A model generated the notes under the pieces. It was given only the letters and a program-made list of their open reading frames with translations. It made no database searches and was not told where the DNA came from. This document shows positions 9,708 through 27,279 of a DNA stretch of 64,000 bases, one piece after another. Positions within the stretch are counted from its first letter, which is position 1, and each line of letters opens with the position of its first letter. Position numbers and translations under genes: made by a program. The stretch lies in NCBI GenBank assembly GCA_963700985.1, contig OY969554.1, positions 192,001 through 256,000 of the forward strand. Reading direction: 5' to 3'. This DNA is from an uncultured Chlamydiales bacterium (lineage in GTDB: Bacteria; Chlamydiota; Chlamydiia; Chlamydiales; Rhabdochlamydiaceae).

Positions 9708-10574
9708 TCACACCTGGGCTGGCTGTGCTCGAAAAAATTCTTGACGAAGATCTTCGTCATGCATTTTCTCTAGCTCTTCTAGAGCAAAACGAGGTTTGCC
9801 ATCAGGATGATTAATCACGACATATTTGCTCGGTTCGTTAAAGTGGTGAGCTAATCCTTGTTTCATCAGTTGGCTTTGAATAGGTATGAAGTTTGATTGA
9901 AAAACTTCCTTAAGTTCCCCAAGAAAAAGAGGATTGAGAATGATCCCACGGAAATAAGCGGCATATGCTTTAGCAGATTGCGCCTCTTCTCGAAGCTGCA
10001 TAATTTGAAGTTGAGCCAGCAGATCGCCTTCTTTTAAAGAAGCTCGTAGCTGTTCTGCTGCTTGCGTATTTTTCGATGAGAGATCTCTCCAAAAACTATA
10101 GCGTGCAATAAGCGGACGCATGCGCTGAATCTCATTCTCTGGGATTCCCTTGATGTTCTTAGCGTCGATCCCAAATGTTGTGAGTTGATTGACTAAATGT
10201 GAGTCATTTTCTGGAACCAAGCTAAGTTTTTCTGCTACGCCCTGTTCAATTAGGGCATGATAACCTTGTTTTGCAGCCAGGCCCTGAAAGTATTCAAAGC
10301 CGCTGTAGGCATAGGGCACCATGGCGTAGATACACACAGTAATTACAGGTAAGTAGATAGGGGTAACCAAACCAGTAAAAATGGTAAGCGCTACGGCGCC
10401 TGTAATATAAGCGACAACGAGTGCATATGAAGTTGCATTCCAGGCTCCCTGCCACCAAGCATAATTTGAATCAGGCAAAAGTTCGACATATCGGTTTAGA
10501 GTAGGAGGAGAAACAGGATCTGCCGCTACCGGGATGGGGAGTGGTGTGCCGTTTGGACCAACTGCCGCTGCCAT
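9708..10574 (-). CDS. hypothetical protein with bilobed hydrophobic segment (Inc-like candidate)
   Basis: 288-aa ORF; Pro/Ala-rich N-terminus, ~40-aa hydrophobic hairpin (YALVVAYITGAVALTIFTGLVTPIYLPVITVCIYAMVPY), then a helical soluble region. Confidence 0.65.
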   Translation of the reverse strand: MAAAVGPNGTPLPIPVAADPVSPPTLNRYVELLPDSNYAWWQGAWNATSYALVVAYITGAVALTIFTGLVTPIYLPVITVCIYAMVPYAYSGFEYFQGLAAKQGYHALIEQGVAEKLSLVPENDSHLVNQLTTFGIDAKNIKGIPENEIQRMRPLIARYSFWRDLSSKNTQAAEQLRASLKEGDLLAQLQIMQLREEAQSAKAYAAYFRGIILNPLFLGELKEVFQSNFIPIQSQLMKQGLAHHFNEPSKYVVINHPDGKPRFALEELEKMHDEDLRQEFFRAQPAQV

Positions 10575-10607
10575 AGAACCTCGATTAGGTTAAGTAATTA
10601 GGGAATA

Positions 10608-10636
10608 ATAATAATAAATTCCAGAATTGATGTAAA
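10608..10636 (-). promoter_or_regulatory. putative sigma66 (sigma70-type) promoter for 9708-10574
   Basis: Minus strand TTTACA-N17-TATTAT. Confidence 0.45.
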
Positions 10637-10659
10637 TTACAGAAGCTAGAGAACGGCGT

Positions 10660-11112
10660 TCAATTAAAATTTTGATTTAGTGTCAAATATTTGATGGATT
10701 CTTTTTTCATGCGCAGATGGATGCTCATGAGTCCATGCGATCGACCGGGAGTTAAAGCAGCTTGTATGCCTAAATCTTCGAGAAAGCGAGGGGGGCAGCC
10801 TATAATAGCCTCTGGAGGCTCATCGTTATATACTGCCGTCAGTAGAGCTACAAGCCCGGCTGAGATCAGTGCATCTGCAGTAGCTTTAAAAATAACTTTT
10901 CTATTTTCAAAGGAAACCTGAAGAAAGACCTGGCTCTGACAGCCAGAAACTAGATTGTCAGGTGTCTTCCATTCTTCAGGGAATACAGGCAGCATTCGGC
11001 CAAGTTCAATCAGCTTCTGATATTTTTCTTCGGGCGATGAGCAAGATAAAAATAATTTTTTTATCTCTTCTTGCTTTCTTAAACAGGAGTGAAAAGTTTC
11101 TAGCATGCTCAT
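10660..11112 (-). CDS. sufE: SufE family sulfur-acceptor protein
   Basis: EEKYQKLIELGR..P, VSGCQSQV (acceptor Cys), ADALISAGL, LTPGRSHG. Confidence 0.93.
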   Translation of the reverse strand: MSMLETFHSCLRKQEEIKKLFLSCSSPEEKYQKLIELGRMLPVFPEEWKTPDNLVSGCQSQVFLQVSFENRKVIFKATADALISAGLVALLTAVYNDEPPEAIIGCPPRFLEDLGIQAALTPGRSHGLMSIHLRMKKESIKYLTLNQNFN

Positions 11113-11184
11113 ATTATAGCTATAAGATCTATTTGCCAGAAGAGCCAGTTGCAGAAACTCACATAAGTGTGTTGAAATTTTTTT

Positions 11185-11290
11185 TAACAGGATAAGCAGG
11201 ATCGCCGCTGAAGCGCCGGCAGGATGCGGAGGATGAAGAGAGATAGAGTCTTTTATCTTGCTCAGACTGCTAGTGCGGCGGATCCTGTTA
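11185..11290. repeat. intergenic inverted-repeat element with TAACAGGAT...ATCCTGTTA ends
   Basis: 9-bp terminal IR, internal repeated AGGAT units, nested CAGGATCGCCGC/GCGGCGGATCCTG stem; related motifs at 35623 and 45285. Confidence 0.6.
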
Positions 11291-11436
11291 TTACTCTGAC
11301 ATCATGAGAAATGCTGCTATTAAGGTGTTTTGGAACACTATCAAGCCAAAAATTGGGGAAACTTAAGTTGACAGAAATGGGTGAAATGAGGTTTTATTTT
11401 TGTTAAATCATTCCGAATCAGAGATTTGTTTTTTGT

Positions 11437-11655
11437 ATGCCCAAAGAAGATACTATTAAAATTGATGGCAAGATCGAAGAACTTTTACCAAATATGACCT
11501 TTAGAGTTGTGCTTGAGAATGGCATGAGGGTAATGGCCCATCTATGTGGTAAAATGCGTATGCGGAATATTAGGGTTTTAGTCGGCGACGTAGTTACGGT
11601 GGAGATGTCTCCATATGACCTAACTAAGGCGCGGATTATTTACCGCCAAAAGTAG
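11437..11655 (+). CDS. infA: translation initiation factor IF-1
   Basis: KEDTIKIDG...LPN..FRV.LENG...AHLCGKMR...VEMSPYDL. Confidence 0.98.
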   Translation: MPKEDTIKIDGKIEELLPNMTFRVVLENGMRVMAHLCGKMRMRNIRVLVGDVVTVEMSPYDLTKARIIYRQK

Positions 11656-11780
11656 CTCTCGGAAAAATTTTTAGGTTCTGACGATATTCGTCTTGATTTA
11701 ATTTTCTTTGCTGACTAATCTTGGTTGCTTTCAATGACAAATTATTGTTTCGCCTTGCTTTAGAATGTTAGGCGAGAGGT

Positions 11781-11852
11781 GCCCAGATAGCTCAGTGGTA
11801 GAGCACTTGCATGGTAAGCAAAAGGTCGTAGGTTCAATTCCTATTCTGGGCA
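11781..11852 (+). tRNA. tRNA-Thr(GGT)
   Basis: Acceptor stem GCCCAGA/TCTGGGC, D arm GCTCAGTGGTAGAGC, anticodon loop AT-GGT-AA, T loop GGTTCAATTCC; directly upstream of tuf. Confidence 0.95.
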
Positions 11853-11910
11853 AGAGAGATTTTTATTCATTCTTTAACTACAGACTGGAGTCCTAACGGA
11901 GGGTGTTATA

Positions 11911-13095
11911 ATGGCAAAAGAACAGTTTCAGAGAAATAAACCACACGTCAATATCGGAACCATTGGTCACGTTGACCACGGCAAAACATCGCTAACTGCT
12001 GCGATCACTAAGGTGTTGGCAGAAGGTGGAAAAGCGAAGTTTCGCGACTACGCATCGATCGATAACACTCCGGAAGAAAAAGCTCGCGGAATTACGATCA
12101 ATGCCAGCCACGTTGAATACGAAACAGATACTCGTCACTATGCTCACGTAGACTGCCCAGGTCACGCCGACTACGTTAAGAACATGATTACTGGTGCTGC
12201 GCAGATGGACGGTGCAATTCTCGTCGTTGCGGCAACAGACGGTGCGATGCCTCAAACAAAAGAACACATCCTCTTGGCTCGCCAAGTGGGCGTTCCTGCA
12301 ATCGTTGTCTTCTTAAACAAGATGGACATGATCGGCAAAGGCGATGAAGAACTTGTTGAGCTCGTAGAAATGGAGCTAACAGAACTCTTAGAATCACGCG
12401 GCTATAAAGATGTACCTATCATCCGCGGATCAGCATTAAAAGCCTTGGAAGGCGATGCTCAGTATGTTGAGGCGATCAAAACCCTCATGAAAACTGTAGA
12501 TGAAAAGATCCCAACTCCTGCTCGTGAAACAGATAAACCTTTCCTTATGCCTATTGAGGACGTTTTCTCTATTTCTGGTCGTGGAACTGTAGCTACAGGT
12601 CGCGTCGAGCGTGGTATTGTTAAAGTGAACGATAAGCTTCAAGTTGTTGGAATCCGCGAGACACGTGATACCGTAGTAACCGGTCTCGAGATGTTTAACA
12701 AAATTCTCGACGAAGCTCGTGCTGGTGAAAACGTTGGAATCCTCCTCCGCGGTCTTGAGAAAAATGATCTCGAGCGTGGAATGGTTCTCGTGGCTCCTGG
12801 CACATGCAAACCGCACACGAAATTTAAAGGCACGATCTACGTTCTAACTAAAGAAGAAGGTGGTCGCCATAAGCCATTCTTTACAGGGTACCGTCCTCAG
12901 TTCTACTTCCGTACAACGGACGTAACTGGAACAGTTACTCTTCCAGAAGGCACAGAGATGGTGATGCCTGGAGATAACGTAGAGCTGATCGGAGAATTGA
13001 TCCATCCGATTGCTATGGAAGAAGGAATGCGTTTTGCTATCCGTGAGGGTGGAAGAACAATTGGTGCTGGTACAGTAACCAAAGTCCTTCAGTAA
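11911..13095 (+). CDS. tuf: elongation factor Tu
   Basis: [21 protein letters not shown] and NKMD motifs; 394 aa. Confidence 0.99.
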   Translation: MAKEQFQRNKPHVNIGTIGHVDHGKTSLTAAITKVLAEGGKAKFRDYASIDNTPEEKARGITINASHVEYETDTRHYAHVDCPGHADYVKNMITGAAQMDGAILVVAATDGAMPQTKEHILLARQVGVPAIVVFLNKMDMIGKGDEELVELVEMELTELLESRGYKDVPIIRGSALKALEGDAQYVEAIKTLMKTVDEKIPTPARETDKPFLMPIEDVFSISGRGTVATGRVERGIVKVNDKLQVVGIRETRDTVVTGLEMFNKILDEARAGENVGILLRGLEKNDLERGMVLVAPGTCKPHTKFKGTIYVLTKEEGGRHKPFFTGYRPQFYFRTTDVTGTVTLPEGTEMVMPGDNVELIGELIHPIAMEEGMRFAIREGGRTIGAGTVTKVLQ

Positions 13096-13104
13096 ATTTT
13101 TAGT

Positions 13105-13160
13105 CTTCTCGTAGTGCTCGTAAGAGTGCTACGAGAAGCAACCTTATAATATAAGGTTGC
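13105..13160 (+). other. two adjacent RNA stem-loops between tuf and tRNA-Trp (possible processing/stability or termination signal)
   Basis: CTTCTCGTAGTGCTC-GTAA-GAGTGCTACGAGAAG (GNRA loop, two G-U pairs) followed by the perfect GCAACCTTAT-AAT-ATAAGGTTGC. Confidence 0.55.
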
Positions 13161-13171
13161 GGCGAGCTTGC

Positions 13172-13244
13172 GGGTGCGTAGCTCAGCTGGTAGAGCAGCG
13201 ATCTCCAAAGTCGCTGGTCGGGGGTTCGAATCCCTCCGCACTCG
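13172..13244 (+). tRNA. tRNA-Trp(CCA)
   Basis: Acceptor GGGTGCG/CGCACTC, anticodon arm GCGAT-CT-CCA-AA-GTCGC, T loop GGTTCGAATCC; between tuf and secE. Confidence 0.95.
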
Positions 13245-13254
13245 TTTTGATTGA

Positions 13255-13539
13255 GTGAAGATAGCAGTGTTGAATAAGAAGAACCCTATGATTGATGCCA
13301 AGCTTCGAGATACAACAGTTAAGCCTGAAACAAAACGTTTCAGACTTTCCGTAGTTATCCGTGAGTTTAAAGAAGAGCTCAAGAAAGTTAGTTGGACGAC
13401 AAAAGATGAGCTTAAGCTCTTCACTAAGATTGTCGTTACAGCGACCTTTGTCCTTGGGATGGGGATCTACGTTGTAGACCTTCTTATTAAAGGGTGTTTG
13501 CAGCTTATCGGAAACGTAGTTCACTTGATCTTTGGATAG
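13255..13539 (+). CDS. secE: preprotein translocase subunit SecE (start may be ATG 13288)
   Basis: EELKKVSWTTKDEL motif followed by a TM helix; position before nusG. Confidence 0.93.
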   Translation: MKIAVLNKKNPMIDAKLRDTTVKPETKRFRLSVVIREFKEELKKVSWTTKDELKLFTKIVVTATFVLGMGIYVVDLLIKGCLQLIGNVVHLIFG

Positions 13540-13579
13540 ATAGGTGTCCTAGAGTTAAGGCGTAAAGGGGAAGAGTTGC

Positions 13580-14128
13580 ATGTATAAATGGTATGTCCTC
13601 CAAGTAGTCTCCGGACAAGAAAAGCGTGTAAAGAAAGCGCTTGAGGAGAATCGCGAGACAAAAGGAATGGCTGAATTGGTTCAGGATATTCTTGTTCCTA
13701 CTGAAAATGTCGCTGAAGTAAAAGGCGGACAACAGAAGGTAAGCGAGAAGAAGCTGTGGCCAGGTTATATCCTCGTGAAAATGAATCTCACTGATGATTC
13801 ATGGATGTATGTCAAAAATACCAATGGAGTGCTGGATTTTCTCGGAGGCGAAAAGCCTTCACCTCTAGCGCAACATGAAGTTGATTTGATCCTTCAAGAA
13901 CTTGAAGAGAAAAAGAAAGGCGTTGTGCCTAAGCACAATATTGTGCCTGGTGACAAAGTCAAGATTACAGACGGAGTTTTCGTCAATTTTATCGGCATTG
14001 TTAGCGAAGTCTTTCATGATAAAGGTCGCCTCAGTGTCATGGTCTCTATTTTTGGTAGAGAGACCCGTGTAGATGATTTGGAATTTTGGCAGGTTGAGCA
14101 AGTCCCTGCAGAAACAGAAGTGAGCTAA
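13580..14128 (+). CDS. nusG: transcription termination/antitermination factor NusG
   Basis: KWYVLQVVSGQE, LWPGYILVKM, KOW region GDKVKITDG, VSIFGRET. Confidence 0.98.
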   Translation: MYKWYVLQVVSGQEKRVKKALEENRETKGMAELVQDILVPTENVAEVKGGQQKVSEKKLWPGYILVKMNLTDDSWMYVKNTNGVLDFLGGEKPSPLAQHEVDLILQELEEKKKGVVPKHNIVPGDKVKITDGVFVNFIGIVSEVFHDKGRLSVMVSIFGRETRVDDLEFWQVEQVPAETEVS

Positions 14129-14147
14129 ATAGAGTTAGAAGGAATTT

Positions 14148-14576
14148 ATGGCAAAAAAACTCGTAAAAACAATCAAGTTGCAAATCCCTGGCGGAAAAGC
14201 CAACCCAGCTCCTCCTATTGGACCAGCTTTGGGCGGTGCCGGTATCAACATCATGGCATTCTGCAAGGAATTCAATGCTAAGACACAAGATAAAGCAGGT
14301 GATATTCTCCCTGTTGTGATCTCTGTCTATGCAGACAAATCCTTCACTTTTATTACTAAACAACCTCCAGTTTCACGCATGATTTTGAAAGAGTGTGGAA
14401 TTGAGTCGGGTTCTAAGGTTCCTAACCGCGATAAGGTTGGTAAACTGACCAAGACGCAAGTTAGAAAAATTGCTAAGCAAAAATACCAGGACATGCGTGT
14501 CACTTCAGAAGAGGCGGCTATGCAGCTCGTCATGGGGACAGCTCGTTCGATGGGTGTAGACATAGTAGAAGGTTAA
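14148..14576 (+). CDS. rplK: 50S ribosomal protein L11
   Basis: [34 protein letters not shown]. Confidence 0.99.
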   Translation: MAKKLVKTIKLQIPGGKANPAPPIGPALGGAGINIMAFCKEFNAKTQDKAGDILPVVISVYADKSFTFITKQPPVSRMILKECGIESGSKVPNRDKVGKLTKTQVRKIAKQKYQDMRVTSEEAAMQLVMGTARSMGVDIVEG

Positions 14577-14578
14577 AA

Positions 14579-15277
14579 ATGGCGAACAACAGCAAACGAT
14601 TTAAAGAAATAGTCAAACTCGTGGACGTCGAAAAGACCTACAACCTCGAGTCGGCTTTTGAAGTACTAAAAAAATGTCCTCCAGTGAAATTTGATCAATC
14701 GGTCGAGATTTCATTAAAGACTGGCATTGATATTCGTAAATCTGATCAACAGGTTCGCGGAACAGTTTCATTGCCGAATGGAACGGGTAAAAACGTAGTG
14801 ATCGTTGTGATTGCCCGCGGAGACAAAATTAAAGAAGCACTAGATGCAGGTGCAGACTTTGCCGGTGGCGACGACCTCCTTGAGAAAATCAAGGGTGGAT
14901 GGACCGATTTCGGCGCACTCATTTCAACTCCTGACATGATGCGTGAAGTTGGAAAGCTAGGTAAAGTGCTCGGTCCACGAGGACTGATGCCAACTCCTAA
15001 AGCCGGAACTGTTACAGCTGATGTCGGTAGAGCTGTTACCGAAGCGAAAGCAGGTAAAATCGAGTTTAAGAGTGATAAGCACGGCGTAGTTAATGCGCTC
15101 GTAGGTAAACTCTCGTTCTCGAGTGATAAACTTAAGGAAAACGTGATCGCGCTGTTGTCGGCAATCGTGAGAGCGAAGCCACCAACTGCAAAAGGTCACT
15201 ATCTTAAATCCCTATCGCTTGCCTCAACGATGGGACCTGGTTTGAAGATCGATCTAAATACCATTTCAGAGATTTAA
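14579..15277 (+). CDS. rplA: 50S ribosomal protein L1
   Basis: [37 protein letters not shown]. Confidence 0.99.
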   Translation: MANNSKRFKEIVKLVDVEKTYNLESAFEVLKKCPPVKFDQSVEISLKTGIDIRKSDQQVRGTVSLPNGTGKNVVIVVIARGDKIKEALDAGADFAGGDDLLEKIKGGWTDFGALISTPDMMREVGKLGKVLGPRGLMPTPKAGTVTADVGRAVTEAKAGKIEFKSDKHGVVNALVGKLSFSSDKLKENVIALLSAIVRAKPPTAKGHYLKSLSLASTMGPGLKIDLNTISEI

Positions 15278-15290
15278 GGGCTAAGGCGTT

Positions 15291-15806
15291 ATGAGACCAG
15301 AAAAACAACTGCTTTTGGATGAAATAAAACAAAAAATCGACGGCGCGAAAGCCTTTGTGCTCACGCGCTACATGCGTCTTGAACCTAACGTCTCTGCAAA
15401 TTTTAGGCAGACATTGGGTAAATCAGGCGGAAGTTTTGAAGTCGTGCGCAAGCGGATCTTTATAAAGGCTGCCCAGGCTGCTGGGGTTACTTTAGATGAG
15501 AAGCTTTTAGAAGGGCATATTGGAATCGTATTTGCGGATGCAGATGCAATTCAGACAACAAAGGCTTTCTTTGCGTTTAGCAAAGAGCATGAAAATTTAT
15601 TCCATGTGCTAGGTGGACAGTTTGAAGGACAAATTTGTTCAGCTAAGGATGTGGAGCAAATCTCTAAACTGCCTTCGCAGGACGAGATGCGCGCCCAGCT
15701 GCTTGCTACGCTGGAAGCACCATTAGGTCAAACTCTTGCTGTTATGCAGGCGGTTTTAACAAGTGTCATGTATTGCTTAGATAACAAGAGTCAGAGCAGT
15801 TCATAA
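15291..15806 (+). CDS. rplJ: 50S ribosomal protein L10
   Basis: Sequence pattern (FEVVRKRI, SKLPS.DEMRAQLL) and position between rplA and rplL. Confidence 0.96.
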   Translation: MRPEKQLLLDEIKQKIDGAKAFVLTRYMRLEPNVSANFRQTLGKSGGSFEVVRKRIFIKAAQAAGVTLDEKLLEGHIGIVFADADAIQTTKAFFAFSKEHENLFHVLGGQFEGQICSAKDVEQISKLPSQDEMRAQLLATLEAPLGQTLAVMQAVLTSVMYCLDNKSQSSS

Positions 15807-15836
15807 ATTTTTTTTAATCATTAGTGAGGTAAAGTC

Positions 15837-16241
15837 GTGAGTACTCAACATCAAAACATCGAAAAACTCGTAGAAGCACTGAGCGAACTCAGCGTGCTAG
15901 ATATGTCTAAACTTAAAACTGCTTTGGAAGATAAGTGGGGCGTAAAAGCTGCTGCTGCTGCTCCAATGATGGTTGCTGCTGCTGCTCCAGCTGATGCAGG
16001 TGCTGCAAAAGCATCTGAGTCAACTGAGTTTAAAATTACTCTGGAAGAGACACCAGCCGACAAGAAAATCGGCGTTATTAAAATCGTACGCGAAGTAACT
16101 GGCCTCGGACTGAAAGAAGCGAAGGATCTCGTAGACGGCGCTCCTAAAGTCTTGAAAGAATCTTCACCAAAAGCAGAAGCTGACGAAATTGTTAAGAAAG
16201 TCGCAGCTGCTGGCGGAAAAGTAACGCTAAAAGGTCTGTAA
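15837..16241 (+). CDS. rplL: 50S ribosomal protein L7/L12
   Basis: Ala-rich hinge, KIGVIKIVREVTGLGLKEAKDLVDGAP. Confidence 0.99.
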   Translation: MSTQHQNIEKLVEALSELSVLDMSKLKTALEDKWGVKAAAAAPMMVAAAAPADAGAAKASESTEFKITLEETPADKKIGVIKIVREVTGLGLKEAKDLVDGAPKVLKESSPKAEADEIVKKVAAAGGKVTLKGL

Positions 16242-16265
16242 GCGCGTTTTTGGAATAGCTGATGT

Positions 16266-16295
16266 GTGAGCAGGAGCATTGTGTCTCCTGCTCAC
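16266..16295 (+). terminator. stem-loop in the rplL-rpoB spacer (attenuator-like)
   Basis: Perfect 11-bp stem GTGAGCAGGAG-N8-CTCCTGCTCAC; only a weak U-rich tail. Confidence 0.5.
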
Positions 16296-16337
16296 TCACG
16301 TATTTAATTTGCTGACGTCACACTAGGAGCCATATCG

Positions 16338-20114
<3,777 letters not shown>

Positions 20115-20153
20115 GCCCGTTTTGTAAATAAAAGTTCAATTTTGGGGATGTTC

Positions 20154-24332
<4,179 letters not shown>

Positions 24333-24357
24333 TAAGTCTGTCAGTATCGGTGAAAAT

Positions 24358-24388
24358 AAAGCGGCGCAGTTTGCGCCGCTTTTTTTTT
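24358..24388 (+). terminator. rho-independent terminator after rpoC
   Basis: AAAGCGGCGCA-GTT-TGCGCCGC followed by a T9 tract. Confidence 0.9.
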
Positions 24389-24621
24389 GCCTGGAAGTTT
24401 AAGAGTTTTTAGAAAATCTTTCGATGAAGCCTCTATAATACATGTCGGGGGTTACGAGAGAGACACGCAAGTGCTCTCCTGAACCTCTGACATGTCATCC
24501 GTTAGTAGTGCCTCTCTTCTTTATAAGAATAAAGCGGCTTCGCTTTGTGAAGAACCTCTCTTTGGCTTTATGCTTATTTTCATCAGCGTGTTATGGTTAT
24601 GGGAGTTTTGAGGGCAAGATC

Positions 24622-25548
24622 ATGATAAGGTATATTGCGGGCTTTTTACTTCTAGTTAATAGTGTTTTTGCACAAGGACGAATAGAGATGGCTAATACAG
24701 GGATTATTGAAAGCAGGGGATTTGATCTTGGCTATCGAATAGAAGGGGAGGGACCGAATGCATTAGTGATTGGCAGTTCGATTTATTATCCTCGGGTTTT
24801 TTCCGAAAATCTTCGCCAACACCTCCGGTTGGTTTTTGTTGATATGCGAGCTTTTGCGCCAGCTCCGCGCTTTGAAAATCCTTTAACATTTGGGCTAGAC
24901 CTGTTGGTTGATGACATAGAGCACATGCGTCAAAAGCTTGGGCTTGGACGGGTAATTGTAATTGGTCATTCTGGAAATGCCTTTCTTGCTCTTGAATATG
25001 CAAAAAAATACTCCGAACATGTTTCGCACATTGTGATGATTGGCATGGGGCCTGATTTGAGTGAGGAGAGTAAAGAAGCTGCTGATCAATATTGGCAAGA
25101 GTCGGCTTCTGCAGCTCGAAAAGAGGCCTTGAATAATAGTTTAAAGAAATATCCAGATTTAGAGTACGAGCGAATTCCTTTGAACCAACGTTTCGTTTGG
25201 AATTACATACGTCATACACCCAGGATTTGGTATGATTTTAAGGGGGATACATCCTTCTTGTGGGAAGGGGTTCATGTGAATATGTCGATTTTCGAATATG
25301 TTTGGGGAAACCTTTACAAAGATATCGATATCACAGAGGGATTAGAAACCTTAGATAAACCTGTATTTTTAGCTTTAGGTCGTAATGACTTCATTGTGGC
25401 ACCGCCCAGTTCTTGGGAATTTCTGCGTCCGAAGTTCAAAGATCTTACTATTTGTGTATTTGAAAAAAGTGGGCACTCTCCCTTCTATGAGGAAACTGAT
25501 CTTTTCGATCAGAAGCTTTTAGATTGGCTTTCTTTTCATAGGGAATAG
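24622..25548 (+). CDS. alpha/beta-fold hydrolase (proline iminopeptidase-like), probably exported
   Basis: Nucleophile elbow VIVIGHSGNA, LALGRND, FEKSGHSP. Signal-peptide-like MIRYIAGFLLLVNSVFA from ATG 24622; the ORF-track start at 24442 is probably too far upstream. Confidence 0.85.
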   Translation: MIRYIAGFLLLVNSVFAQGRIEMANTGIIESRGFDLGYRIEGEGPNALVIGSSIYYPRVFSENLRQHLRLVFVDMRAFAPAPRFENPLTFGLDLLVDDIEHMRQKLGLGRVIVIGHSGNAFLALEYAKKYSEHVSHIVMIGMGPDLSEESKEAADQYWQESASAARKEALNNSLKKYPDLEYERIPLNQRFVWNYIRHTPRIWYDFKGDTSFLWEGVHVNMSIFEYVWGNLYKDIDITEGLETLDKPVFLALGRNDFIVAPPSSWEFLRPKFKDLTICVFEKSGHSPFYEETDLFDQKLLDWLSFHRE

Positions 25549-25576
25549 CGAAATCTTTCTTTAGTTTGCGCGAAAG

Positions 25577-27106
25577 CTAGGGGTAATGCCAGAAGCCTTT
25601 TGTGAAAATGTTGCGAAACTGCTCGGAGAAGGATGTGTAACCAAAGAAGTCCATTACTGTGGTCATGCCGGAATGCCCTACGACAACCTGATCGGCATCC
25701 ATTTCAAAGCCTGCAGCCGGAGAATCATCCTCAGGAACTTTGGACATTTTAACATAAAAGATCTGAAAGAGCATGCCAGGCATTTTTACCAGATCCCAAA
25801 TTTTTACTTCTCCAGCTTGTGTCGCTGCACCAATTTGTCCGTTGACTAATTTTAACCCTATTATTGCTCCTGGTTCAGAAAAACGGAAAGGTTCCAGCAG
25901 GTGCATCCAACCGCCATGCGATGCCTCAAATTGTGTGGTGACATATTTTTTATTGTAGATTCCAACTAATCCATTTGTATTTCCACTGATGAGAGTTTCG
26001 CCATCCATCGCAAGATGAGTTATCTGCTCATCATCTTGCCTGACACGGAAGAGGAGCTTCTTTTTATTCATTTCAAATAAATAGACAGATCCATCCTCTC
26101 CACCTAAAGCTAGATCATCATTGTGTATGGCCAAAGCATGTACGGAACACTCCGGGATCTCAAACGACACTCGATAAGTTTTTTTTTGTGTAGTAGAACA
26201 ATCATAAATCGAAAAGCGCGCATTTTCAGATCCAGTGATGATTTTGCCATTTTTTAACAGAGCGCAAAAAATACGTGTACGATGCATTTGTATTGTTTCA
26301 ATGAGTGCACAGGTATCTCTGTTCCAACGTTTAACTACACCGCCCATATCAGTTGTTGCGATCTGATTTGCATCCATTTCTATGCAAGTAATGGAGCGTT
26401 CATGTCCAAGTAAACGACCACGGTTTTCTCCTGTTCGAAGATTCCATACGTGAGCTGCTCTATCTGAAAATCCAGCGGCCACGACTAGATCGTTATCCAG
26501 CCCAAGCGCAGAGACATCAGATTCACATCCAGTGAGTTTATGAGGATTAGTTAAATATGCATTTCTTTTCCAAACATTCACAACACGTTCAGAGGTTGTT
26601 ACTAAGTATGTGTTATTCATCTTTGCGAACGCCATTTTGTGCGATCTCCAGCCATCTCGTACATTAATGCTTTCGCAATTGGTGGTATTTTTATTTTTTT
26701 CTATTAAAAAGCGCTGCTTAAATAGCTCTTTCCATGCGCATTCGGAATTTTGAGTGATAATCTTCGTATAAGATAAAAAAGATGTCCGCTCAAGATTCGC
26801 AGACCACTTTGCGCCCGTTTCGGGAAAAGGACGCGAGGATAAAAGCCAAGAATAATGAAATACTTTTTCCGCTAACGGTTTCCATAGAAAATTGCGGCAT
26901 GCAACTTCTCGAAATTGCATACTTACTTTATGACATGTGATTAGGCTGGCAGCATCCAAATTTAAGAAAATATGACCCCAAATCTGCGAAGGACATCTTG
27001 GAAATGGCGATGATTTTTGTGCGAGATCTTCGTTTACAAGGGGTCGGAGGGCCTGTGATGCAAGAGAAGGGCTCAAACTATTCGTTTTGAATTCTAAAGA
27101 TGACAT
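25577..27106 (-). CDS. F-box + WD40-repeat protein (eukaryote-like, putative effector)
   Basis: F-box FPRCPSQIWGHIFLNLDAASLITCHKVSMQFREVA..NFLWK; WD40 blades SDRAAHVWNL, LLGHERSITCIEMD, GVVKRWN, GGEDGSVYLF, GEVKIWDL. Confidence 0.88.
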   Translation of the reverse strand: MSSLEFKTNSLSPSLASQALRPLVNEDLAQKSSPFPRCPSQIWGHIFLNLDAASLITCHKVSMQFREVACRNFLWKPLAEKVFHYSWLLSSRPFPETGAKWSANLERTSFLSYTKIITQNSECAWKELFKQRFLIEKNKNTTNCESINVRDGWRSHKMAFAKMNNTYLVTTSERVVNVWKRNAYLTNPHKLTGCESDVSALGLDNDLVVAAGFSDRAAHVWNLRTGENRGRLLGHERSITCIEMDANQIATTDMGGVVKRWNRDTCALIETIQMHRTRIFCALLKNGKIITGSENARFSIYDCSTTQKKTYRVSFEIPECSVHALAIHNDDLALGGEDGSVYLFEMNKKKLLFRVRQDDEQITHLAMDGETLISGNTNGLVGIYNKKYVTTQFEASHGGWMHLLEPFRFSEPGAIIGLKLVNGQIGAATQAGEVKIWDLVKMPGMLFQIFYVKMSKVPEDDSPAAGFEMDADQVVVGHSGMTTVMDFFGYTSFSEQFRNIFTKGFWHYP

Positions 27107-27136
27107 TTTAATCTCATAACTTATTTTATTCAGGAA

Positions 27137-27165
27137 ATTATATTATATTATTACAAATAATACAA
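27137..27165 (-). promoter_or_regulatory. putative sigma66 promoter of the F-box/WD40 gene
   Basis: Minus strand TTGTAT-N17-TATAAT about 30 nt upstream of the ATG. Confidence 0.5.
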
Positions 27166-27215
27166 GTATCTCAACAAAGTGTGTCTAAAAGCAAAACGCT
27201 TTTCTCTTTTCTTAA

Positions 27216-27246
27216 TTGACAAGCATATAAAAATAACTTTATATGC
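27216..27246 (+). promoter_or_regulatory. TTGACA -35 box with downstream operator-like inverted repeat upstream of the NmrA-like gene
   Basis: TTGACA at 27216 followed by GCATATAAA-N6-TTTATATGC (27223-27246). Confidence 0.45.
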
Positions 27247-27279
27247 GCTGATAAGATGTTTAACAAATAGGAGGGAAGT

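Noticed and set aside
24442-24621. N-terminal extension of the alpha/beta hydrolase in the ORF track
   Set aside because: It looks non-coding in composition; ATG 24622 has a GAGGG RBS and starts a signal-peptide-like sequence.
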